Source: Candidatus Latescibacterota bacterium
GTDB lineage: Bacteria > Latescibacterota > UBA2968 > UBA8231
Reading direction: 5' to 3'
DNA length: 64,000 nt
NCBI GenBank assembly: GCA_965248265.1
Contig: CBDFJF010000002.1
Span: forward strand, 4,077,829 to 4,141,828
The translations under genes were made by a program, and so were the position numbers. Shown here piece by piece: positions 49,547 through 57,520 of the stretch. Below the pieces are notes generated by a model that worked only from the letters and a program-made list of their open reading frames with translations, was not told where the DNA came from and ran no database searches. Each line of letters opens with the position of its first letter. Within the stretch, counting starts at the first letter, position 1.

Positions 49547-50992
49547 ATGATAGTGATTCCAAGAGGTGCCCACATCCACCTTATCGCTGTCTGCGGCACC
49601 GCGATGGGGTCCCTGGCCGGAATGTTGCGGGAGTCGGGGTACCGAGTCACGGGATCTGATGCCCGGGTCTACCCACCCATGAGTGATTTCCTGCGCTCGG
49701 CCGGCATCGAGGTGATGGAGGGCTTTGATACGGCCCATCTGCGCCCCAAGCCAGACCTCGTCGTCGTCGGTAACGCCGTGTCACGGGGCAATGTCGAGGT
49801 CGAGGGCACGCTCGATCAGCGCCTCCCTTTCGCCTCTCTGCCGGAGATCCTCAGGGATTTCTACCTGCGGCCAACGACCCCCATTGTCGTTACCGGTACC
49901 CATGGCAAGACCACGACTACTGCCATGATCGCCCACCTGTTGAGCCAGGGAGACCTGGATCCGTCCTACCTGATCGCTGGGATCACACTTGACTTTCCGA
50001 AGCCGTATCACCTGGGCAATGGAGCCCATTTCGTCATCGAGGGAGATGAGTACGACAGCGCCTTCTTTGCCAAACAAGCGAAATTCCTCTCCTATCTCCC
50101 CCAGCTGCTCGTTATCAACAACATTGAATTCGATCACGCCGACATCTACCCTGATTTGGAACATATCGAAACATCCTTCCGTCAACTCATCAACACTGTC
50201 CCTGGATCTGGCCTGCTTGTCGCCAACCATGATGACCCGGTAATCGGGAATCTCCTGTCCCGAAGCCTGACCCCTGTGCAGACCTTTGGCCTGTCCCCCT
50301 CAGCCGAGTGGTCGGCCTCGGATATTGAGACCCGGGGACGCCATGTCAGTTTTACGGTCAGCCGGCATGGAAACGAACTTGAGGGTGGACGCTTCGAGCT
50401 GGCGTTGTCCGGCCGGCACAATGTCCGCAACGCCCTGGGCGCGATCGCCATCGCCACCCATGTCGGACTGGAGCCGACGACCCTCGTAGACGCGCTCAGC
50501 ACCTTCAAAGGAGTAGAGCGTCGTCAGCAGGTAATCGCCGAAACGGCCGGCATTACCCTGATCGATGACTTTGCCCATCACCCCACCGCCGTCGATGAAA
50601 CCCTGGCTGGACTCCGCCTGGCCTATCCCGGCGCTCGCATGTGGGCCGTGTTCGAACCTGCCAGCGCCTCAAACGCCAGGCGGATATTCGAGGAACGGTA
50701 CGTCTCCGCGCTTGGTAGGGCTGACCGTGTTACGCTGGCTGCCGTTCCCCGACCAGAACGCAGCGGCGATGAGGAACCGTTTTCGTCGGAACGAGTGGCA
50801 ACGGCCTTGAGGGCCAATGGCACGATGGCGGCCTTCGTTCCGGGTATCGACGACCTTGCGCGCCTGCTGGAGCAGGACATGGAGGAAGGCGACCTCCTCG
50901 TGTTTATGAGCAATGGTGGGTTTGGCGGGATCCAGCGCACGGCCTGCGAGATCCTCGAGGCCAGGGTAGCGGCGGGAGGATCGCGGCGTTGA
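49547..50992 (+). CDS. mpl: UDP-MurNAc:L-Ala-gamma-D-Glu-meso-DAP ligase (murein peptide ligase)
   Basis: HIHLIAVCGTAMGSLA, YPPMS, GTHGKTTT, EGDEYDSAFF, EFDHADIY, DDFAHHPT, MSNGGFGG. Confidence 0.93.
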   Translation: MIVIPRGAHIHLIAVCGTAMGSLAGMLRESGYRVTGSDARVYPPMSDFLRSAGIEVMEGFDTAHLRPKPDLVVVGNAVSRGNVEVEGTLDQRLPFASLPEILRDFYLRPTTPIVVTGTHGKTTTTAMIAHLLSQGDLDPSYLIAGITLDFPKPYHLGNGAHFVIEGDEYDSAFFAKQAKFLSYLPQLLVINNIEFDHADIYPDLEHIETSFRQLINTVPGSGLLVANHDDPVIGNLLSRSLTPVQTFGLSPSAEWSASDIETRGRHVSFTVSRHGNELEGGRFELALSGRHNVRNALGAIAIATHVGLEPTTLVDALSTFKGVERRQQVIAETAGITLIDDFAHHPTAVDETLAGLRLAYPGARMWAVFEPASASNARRIFEERYVSALGRADRVTLAAVPRPERSGDEEPFSSERVATALRANGTMAAFVPGIDDLARLLEQDMEEGDLLVFMSNGGFGGIQRTACEILEARVAAGGSRR

Positions 50993-51930
50993 ACCTCCAA
51001 CCGGTCAAACCACCAGCCCTCAAGAATGGTGGCCAAATCGCCATTGTGGCGCCCGCGCGTCCGTCTTCTACCGACCTGCTTCCTGCCGCGCTCACGTACC
51101 TGGAAGGACGTGGGTATCGCGTCGCCGAGGGCAGGCACCTGTTCGATCGCCACCACTACCTTGCAGGCACCGACGTCGACCGTGCTCAAGATCTGATGAC
51201 AGCGTTCGACGACACTCAGGTAGAGGCGATCATCTGTGCCCGCGGCGGGTACGGCAGCGGCCGCTTGTTGTCGTTGCTGGACTACGACCGCATCGCCAGC
51301 AATCCCAAAATCCTCGTCGGCTTCAGTGACACCACCGCTCTACAGCTTGCACTCTACCGTCGCTCGGGGCTGGTCAGCTTTTCCGGGGCGCTGGCCGACA
51401 TCGACTTGGCCCGTCCCACGCCAGACCCGCTGGTGGAAAGATCATTGTGGTTGGCATTGACGAGCCTTGAGCCTCTGGGCAACCTGGGTGTCACCACTCC
51501 CCTGCGGGTGCTTCATGAAGGGAGTCGGACCGCTGTCGGACCGTTGATCCCGGCCAACCTCGCCGTGCTCTGCAGCTTGATCGGCACACCCTACATGCCC
51601 GATCTCAGCGGTACGATCCTGTTGCTGGAGGACGTGGATGAACATCCCTATCGCCTCGATCGAATGTTGAATCAATTGCGTCTGGCCGGCATCCTTCCCC
51701 GGCTGAATGGACTGGTTTTCGGCGAGTTCAAGGACTGCTTTGTGGAGGAGGATGCCGACCCCGACCTAGAGCAACTCGCCTTGGAAGCCACCCGCGGCCT
51801 GGACTTGACCGTGGTGGGGGGATTCCCCTACGGCCACCATGTGCGCCGTCTGGTCGTTCCAGTCGGGATCACGGCGACAATCAGCATTCAGGATCGTGCA
51901 CTGCAAGTGACCGAGACTGCTCTGGCGTAA
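50989..51930 (+). CDS. ldcA: LD-carboxypeptidase (peptidase S66)
   Basis: IAIVAPA, YLAGTD..RA.DL, ARGGYG, GFSDTT, LLEDVDE; overlaps the mpl stop. Confidence 0.9.
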   Translation: MNLQPVKPPALKNGGQIAIVAPARPSSTDLLPAALTYLEGRGYRVAEGRHLFDRHHYLAGTDVDRAQDLMTAFDDTQVEAIICARGGYGSGRLLSLLDYDRIASNPKILVGFSDTTALQLALYRRSGLVSFSGALADIDLARPTPDPLVERSLWLALTSLEPLGNLGVTTPLRVLHEGSRTAVGPLIPANLAVLCSLIGTPYMPDLSGTILLLEDVDEHPYRLDRMLNQLRLAGILPRLNGLVFGEFKDCFVEEDADPDLEQLALEATRGLDLTVVGGFPYGHHVRRLVVPVGITATISIQDRALQVTETALA

Positions 51931-51946
51931 CCTCCGAACATGATGA

Positions 51947-52972
51947 ATGCCCAAACTCCCCTGCAGAAAATCGCCCGCATTGCCGACCTATATAAGTGGA
52001 ACATCCAGACCGGCTAAGTGTGTGATGTGGGCCCTGCAAGGTTGTTGGATTATGAGACCAAAATCGAGAGCATCGTCGATGACCTCTGCCTTGGTTGTCG
52101 TGTTGACGCTTCTTGGATTCGCGCTGGAAGCCGATGCACAAAATCCGGGCATCCAGCGTCTCGCGCTGGAATTGACGGACAGTCCGGAGGTGGCCATTCG
52201 CCTACGGGCCGCCCAGGGATTGGGTCGTACGGGGACGCCTCAGGGCGTTCAGCTGCTGGGCCGCGCGCTGACTGGGGAAGCCAACCGCTCGGTGCGTCTG
52301 GAAATCGTTCGTGCCTTGCGCACGATCGCGTTTCAGAGAAATCCGGGATACCGAAGTGCGTTAGCCGCCATCGGACGTGCCGCGAACGACAACTTCGAAA
52401 GCGATGACTTGGTGCGCCTGCGAGCGACCGAGGCCCTGTGGGAAGCCGGCCGCAAGGATCTTCTTGATCCAGTTCCACTGTTGGAAGCACAGATGGACGA
52501 TCGCAGTCAGCGCCTGCGCCTGGCTGCCCTGGCCATGCTCAGGAGACACAGCGACACAGCAGCAGCCGATGCCCTCGGACGCATTGCCCTGGACAAGACA
52601 CAATCCCGTACTATCCGTCTCGCGGCGGTCGAGGCGCTCGGAGCCGTACCGCTGTCAGAGGGCGGTGTGGTCGGTCGGTCGGTGGCCTCTGCCAACATCA
52701 CTATTACCACCCTGCTGAACATTCCACCGGTGGCTTCACCGGCGGCCCTCGACCTGCGGCATGAGAGACAGATCAGCTATCTCACCGGGGTAGCCCTCGA
52801 CCCGGAAAGCAGCACCACCCTGGTGCTACGGGCGGTCAAATCGATGGGGCAGGTGAAGGACAAGTCGTCGATACCGACGTTGCGAGAGTTGATCCTCAAT
52901 TCTCCCCACGACGGCATCCGCAAGCAGGCAATCGAGGTGCTCAGTCACGTGATGGCGAGACAGTACGAGTAA
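51947..52972 (+). CDS. Exported HEAT-repeat protein
   Basis: Signal-like segment then repeats IRLRAAQGLG, VRLEIVRAL, VRLRATEAL, IRLAAVEALG; true start probably ~52052. Confidence 0.8.
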   Translation: MPKLPCRKSPALPTYISGTSRPAKCVMWALQGCWIMRPKSRASSMTSALVVVLTLLGFALEADAQNPGIQRLALELTDSPEVAIRLRAAQGLGRTGTPQGVQLLGRALTGEANRSVRLEIVRALRTIAFQRNPGYRSALAAIGRAANDNFESDDLVRLRATEALWEAGRKDLLDPVPLLEAQMDDRSQRLRLAALAMLRRHSDTAAADALGRIALDKTQSRTIRLAAVEALGAVPLSEGGVVGRSVASANITITTLLNIPPVASPAALDLRHERQISYLTGVALDPESSTTLVLRAVKSMGQVKDKSSIPTLRELILNSPHDGIRKQAIEVLSHVMARQYE

Positions 52973-53024
52973 CCCTCGTACCCACCCAGCACGGTCGCAC
53001 TGCCGTTTCGCAACGGGTGGGTAA

Positions 53025-53981
53025 TCAGTTCTTGGAGGTCTCTGGAAGAGCAGCACTCTTCTCGTCAGCCGCTTTTCTCAGCTTGCTTATCGTGCCCAGC
53101 AGGTCCGCGAACACGAACGGCTTTATCAGGAAAGCGTCGAATCCAAGCGATTTGGCTCGCTCGGCGTCGACGAACCCCGATATACCGACTACGGGAATCA
53201 CCGAACCCTCGTTGCGCAACGCCTCGAGAAGTTGAAAACCGTCGAAATCCGGCATATAGAGATCGGAGATCACGAGATCGACGTCGTACTCCTGGATCTT
53301 CAGCATTCCCTCCTCGCCGTTGGCGGCCTCGATGACATTGTAGTCTCGAAGCGCCTTGCTGATGGTCATCCGTATCGATTCCTCGTCGTCGACGATGAGA
53401 ATGGTCGGTAACCGCTCTCGCAGGCGGGCCGCCACCTGAGGCGCCGCCTCTGCAATCGGGACCCCGTTTTCTGCGAGAAGTTCGAGTGACACCCGTTGCT
53501 GGATCTCGAGCCGCTTGATCTTCAGCTTCATCTCCTCCATATCCGACAACCTGATGTTCTCGTTGACGAATCTGGAGGACATGATGGCGATGATGTTCTT
53601 GTACACCCGGACCGCCAGGTGCGGATCGCTCTTGAAGAGTGCCTTCAGGTCTCTGTGTTTGAGCACCAGCACGGAGCTTTCCTGGGCCGCGACGATTCGA
53701 ACCTTTCGTTCAGCCTCTACCTCCAGACCGAACTCGCCGAGGGAGACGATCGGATCCAGAACGATGATGACTTTGCCATCTCCTTGAGTAACGGCAAGTT
53801 TCCCGTCCAGCAGAATGTGCATCTCATCGTTCGAGGATCCGATTTCACAGATTGTTTCATCCTTGGCGAAAACGGACGAACGGCAGACGCTCAGGATCTT
53901 ACGGATCTGCGGAACCGACAATCTGTCGAAGACAGGAACCTTCTTCATCCCATCGATAAATTCTCTATCAGCCGACTCCAT
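53025..53981 (-). CDS. cNMP-binding domain + response-regulator receiver protein
   Basis: AGGAG RBS before ATG 53981; VPVFDRLS...EMHILLDG...GEFGL (cNMP-like); ILIVDDE, ISDLYMPDFDG, IKP (REC). Confidence 0.88.
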   Translation of the reverse strand: MESADREFIDGMKKVPVFDRLSVPQIRKILSVCRSSVFAKDETICEIGSSNDEMHILLDGKLAVTQGDGKVIIVLDPIVSLGEFGLEVEAERKVRIVAAQESSVLVLKHRDLKALFKSDPHLAVRVYKNIIAIMSSRFVNENIRLSDMEEMKLKIKRLEIQQRVSLELLAENGVPIAEAAPQVAARLRERLPTILIVDDEESIRMTISKALRDYNVIEAANGEEGMLKIQEYDVDLVISDLYMPDFDGFQLLEALRNEGSVIPVVGISGFVDAERAKSLGFDAFLIKPFVFADLLGTISKLRKAADEKSAALPETSKN

Positions 53982-54096
53982 TTTTGCTCCTGTCTGGTAC
54001 TCGTGTGTTCGTTCAGAAACTTCGATTAGAACTCGGGGCAGCACGGTGCGTTTCGCTGTGCTTTATAAGTATGTAAGTGGAAGCAGCGAAATCAAT

Positions 54097-54134
54097 CCGT
54101 ACTACTACGGAAATTTCCATCCGTAGTAGTACGG
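54097..54134. repeat. Perfect 15-bp inverted repeat with 8-bp spacer
   Basis: CCGTACTACTACGGA-aatttcca-TCCGTAGTAGTACGG. Confidence 0.9.
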
Positions 54135-54186
54135 TGGATAAATATTGCCGCTTGCGATAATTTTTCGCCAAAATCGCGATAATGGA

Positions 54187-54221
54187 TAAAAAAACTGCGT
54201 TCGGCACAGCCGAACGCAGTT
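54187..54221 (-). terminator. Rho-independent terminator ending the phage tail operon
   Basis: Minus strand AACTGCGTTCGGC-tgt-GCCGAACGCAG-TTTTTTT, 25 nt after the last phage gene. Confidence 0.85.
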
Positions 54222-54246
54222 GATGCAATTATTGCACGCCTTCAGA

Positions 54247-54588
54247 CTACGGCAGAAGCGCTGAAACCTGTGACAACGACGCCTTGGCAGTTCCTACATT
54301 GCACCGCAGCTGGTACGATCCCAGCACAGTGCCGCCAAACTGCTGCACCACACCCGCCCAAAACAGCGGCTGTCCTGGCGTATCGGCAGGGAAGCTCAGA
54401 ACAACCCACACCGGATCAATACTGTCCGCTGTCGCTGTGATCGCGGCCGCACTCAGCTTGGCATCAGCGTCAACGAAGGCTTGCACCGCGTCTGCTGTGA
54501 GCTGAGCTTCGGCCGCATTCGCAGACGCCGTGCGCATCGCCAGTTCGGCGTTAATCTCGTCAATCGTAGCCTCAGTCAGTAGCGTCAT
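54247..54588 (-). CDS. Phage hypothetical protein
   Basis: Start overlaps the upstream stop (TAATG); last gene before the terminator. Confidence 0.7.
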   Translation of the reverse strand: MTLLTEATIDEINAELAMRTASANAAEAQLTADAVQAFVDADAKLSAAAITATADSIDPVWVVLSFPADTPGQPLFWAGVVQQFGGTVLGSYQLRCNVGTAKASLSQVSALLP

Positions 54589-55415
54589 TAGAAGGTCTCG
54601 TTGTTAGCGATCGTGAAACTTGTGCCCGTTCCGTTCAGTGTGTCGCCGTGGAAAATATTGTTGGTGATAATGCCGTCCTCCGCGAGCGCCCCGACATCGA
54701 CGGCGTATCCGGTATTGTCCCTGAATACATTACCAACGATGCATGGGCCAAACACCGTCGCCGAGTTGCAGATGTTGATGGCCTTTGAAGAGCACAGGTA
54801 GAAGCCACATCCCTGAATAACCGTTCCCCAAGATGGCCCAACGTGAATCGCGTTCCCGGTGGTGACTGATGTAAACTGACAGAACAAAAGCTTCCCATGC
54901 TGTGTGTTATTGCCAAACGTGACACAACTGGAATCGAAGGTGCCGGTGAATGTGCAGCTTTGGATAACCGGCGCGTTCATAGCGACGGCGACGTCTATCC
55001 CGTTGTGATCCGAACCGGGGAAGTGGCACCGATCAACAAGGAAATAGTCCCCTGCCGCGTCGGAACAGTCGATGCCCGAGATCGTGTCGCCGCCGCCAGA
55101 CGTCGTCTTGAAGGTCAGGCCAATAAGCTTTACATGCGCCGCCGAGAGCGTACAGCCGTGCGCCGTCGTCAGGCTACCGTCAACAATCGCATCAATCGAC
55201 TCGCCCATGATTGTGAGGTTGGCGACGTCGGCAGTGAAGGACTTGTAGGTTCCGTCCCTGACGAAAATCGACTTGTGCCCGGCGTCGATGGCGTCGTCGA
55301 TCTGGTGGAAGCCGCCCGTCTTCGGGTTGTGAACGCCGTCGATGTCGACGATCGCCGAGAACGGCATCGCGCCGCGTATCTCGCGCGTCACTGCATGTGG
55401 CACGGCGATCGTCAC
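54588..55415 (-). CDS. Right-handed parallel beta-helix (pectin-lyase-like) protein, putative tailspike
   Basis: FHQIDDAIDAGHKSIFVRDGTY cap followed by repeated I.xCxF...G.AI.V rungs. Confidence 0.75.
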   Translation of the reverse strand: MTIAVPHAVTREIRGAMPFSAIVDIDGVHNPKTGGFHQIDDAIDAGHKSIFVRDGTYKSFTADVANLTIMGESIDAIVDGSLTTAHGCTLSAAHVKLIGLTFKTTSGGGDTISGIDCSDAAGDYFLVDRCHFPGSDHNGIDVAVAMNAPVIQSCTFTGTFDSSCVTFGNNTQHGKLLFCQFTSVTTGNAIHVGPSWGTVIQGCGFYLCSSKAINICNSATVFGPCIVGNVFRDNTGYAVDVGALAEDGIITNNIFHGDTLNGTGTSFTIANNETF

Positions 55416-57520
55416 CCGAGTAGTCTCCTGTCTGGTTGCACAAATTCAATTTGGTCCGAGCCCGCCATGATATACGAAGGTGTGTCCTGCCCTGGATACG
55501 ACTTCACCGCCACATCCCGCAACGTGGTCCCCGGATAGGTGTCGGAGATCACCGGCACCCCCAACTCGTTGAAAATGTGGACCGTCTTGTTGTCGTAGGC
55601 GACGATCACGTATCGCCCGCTCGGATCGGCGGCCGTCGCGGCAACGTCGAGGTCGGGGATTGAGTCTTGCGGGTCGATCGTCGAGGTCAGGCGTTGCTTC
55701 CCGCGCGCGAACTCGGCGTAGACTTCTGCCGCTGTAATGGCTGTAGCGCTAATGACAACACCGCCGATCTGGCCGTCGATAAAACTACTCGGAGTGCCCG
55801 CCCCGTCTGAGTCGAACGCTCCCAAAAATACAGCCGCCGTAGAGTTGTCCATCGTTCCCGAAAACGCGCCCGACCCGAAAGCTTGCCCGTTCAAGTAAGC
55901 CGTCATGGTCGTGCCGTCCCATGAAACCGCACAGTGATACCACTTCCCCGTAGAGAGCGCCACGGACGTCTGGGTTATTGTGGTTGACGAGCTATTTTCG
56001 AGCGAGATCGAAAGCGTTTCGTCCGAATTGAGTTTGAACTGCCAAGACTGATTAGAGCCGAGGCTTAGATCCCATTTGGTGGCGACTCCTCGAACGGCCC
56101 CCGATGCAATGTCCAGTTTAAACCAAAGCATCGCGGAAAAGGCCGTCACGCCGTCAAAGTCGGCATGGTCGGCCAATTGCAGCGACATACTCGAAGCTGA
56201 AACGAAGTCGGCGTAACTGCCGGTAGGTCCGCCGGACGCAAATGTCACGGTGTTGTTGTTGGTCAGGTTGTGCGAGGCTGGCGTCAGGTCGTTGACGTTC
56301 GCCAGTGGCCACGCGGCCCGCACGTCGCCTTTCATATACGGCGTTGCCTCTGAGTCTGTGAATCGAATCAGGCCACCCTTGGCGTCTTGGTCGGCGGCGT
56401 TTAGGTGTGCGATATACATCCCTTGGTCACTCGGTATGAAGATTTGCGAAGAGCCATCGCCGTTCCAAGAGCGCGACGGCAAAACTGCGGGGCGTTCAAA
56501 AACGGCAGCATTTGTCCAATCGATGTCGCTCCCATCGCTCGCGTTGTTGTCGATGGCTTCATCGCTCGCCCACGCGTCGGCAGTAATCGTGAAGACACTG
56601 CGGCGCAAAAACACAGAGTCACGCGTCCCGGTGCTTTGGATGAAAACCAATTCACCCCCAGGAGATAACACGAGGTCGGCAAAGTCGCTGACGCTCGAAG
56701 TGTCGTACCAGTCCTCGTCGGTGGGATTGTAAACTGAGGTTCCGGCGCTGTGACCGCACGCCCACCAATGGCGAGGGCGGCCTAAGGAGTCCGTTTTTTC
56801 GGGGTCGCGACAGGCCCCAACCGAATAAATGTTGTTATGCCCGACCGCGACGCTCGCCACGAGCGTGTAATATCCAGTCCCGGCGTTGCGGTCCGAAATG
56901 TCGCCAAAGTGCTCGCGAATTCCAACAGTTGTGTGGTCGTGTGCGCGGTCTAAAAGCAAATCTATTTCAATCGCGGCCCACCCGTCGTTAACCGTTCGGA
57001 TAACACCATCGAGAAAATGAACATCCTCGTGCCATCCGGTAGTTCCGGCGATGAAATTTGCGTCTGTCCCATCCGTCCCGCCAGTGTCAAATTGCATGTA
57101 AATTGACCCGGCTTCACGGTCCCACCAGATCAGACTTTGTTGGTCCTCTGTAATCCACATCGCGCCGTGAATCGGCGGTGCTCCAAGCTCGGCATACCAC
57201 GACGTCGCCTGAGCCAGTTGCATAAACTCGTCGAGGTCCCACATCTGGTCGGGGTCGTCGAGGTCAACGAAAATCACCCGCTGCGCGTTTTCGTCGGTGC
57301 CCGTCTCAATCGTATCTGGAAAGCGAACCAGACTCTTGCGCGAGAGCACCATCGCCGTGCTCACCGGGTTCGTCGTGCTCATGAACCCCGACGTGTTCAG
57401 CGCCTCATAGAGATGGTCGTTCTTGATGCGCGAGTTGTTCATGCGGTCGACGTCAGTTGGATCCTCGACCGCGAAGCGCTCACCCAGGGCGCTGTAGGCG
57501 TATTGATTGGGCTCGTTCAT
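55412..57520 (-). CDS. Phage tail/receptor-binding protein with LamG (concanavalin-like) domain
   Basis: FSAMLWFK...KWYHCAVSWDGTTMTAYLNG...FIDGQIGGV; flanked by propeller-like segments. Confidence 0.8.
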   Translation of the reverse strand: MNEPNQYAYSALGERFAVEDPTDVDRMNNSRIKNDHLYEALNTSGFMSTTNPVSTAMVLSRKSLVRFPDTIETGTDENAQRVIFVDLDDPDQMWDLDEFMQLAQATSWYAELGAPPIHGAMWITEDQQSLIWWDREAGSIYMQFDTGGTDGTDANFIAGTTGWHEDVHFLDGVIRTVNDGWAAIEIDLLLDRAHDHTTVGIREHFGDISDRNAGTGYYTLVASVAVGHNNIYSVGACRDPEKTDSLGRPRHWWACGHSAGTSVYNPTDEDWYDTSSVSDFADLVLSPGGELVFIQSTGTRDSVFLRRSVFTITADAWASDEAIDNNASDGSDIDWTNAAVFERPAVLPSRSWNGDGSSQIFIPSDQGMYIAHLNAADQDAKGGLIRFTDSEATPYMKGDVRAAWPLANVNDLTPASHNLTNNNTVTFASGGPTGSYADFVSASSMSLQLADHADFDGVTAFSAMLWFKLDIASGAVRGVATKWDLSLGSNQSWQFKLNSDETLSISLENSSSTTITQTSVALSTGKWYHCAVSWDGTTMTAYLNGQAFGSGAFSGTMDNSTAAVFLGAFDSDGAGTPSSFIDGQIGGVVISATAITAAEVYAEFARGKQRLTSTIDPQDSIPDLDVAATAADPSGRYVIVAYDNKTVHIFNELGVPVISDTYPGTTLRDVAVKSYPGQDTPSYIMAGSDQIEFVQPDRRLLG

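Noticed and set aside
49547-51930. mpl-ldcA pair as a novel system
   Set aside because: An ordinary peptidoglycan-recycling gene pair.
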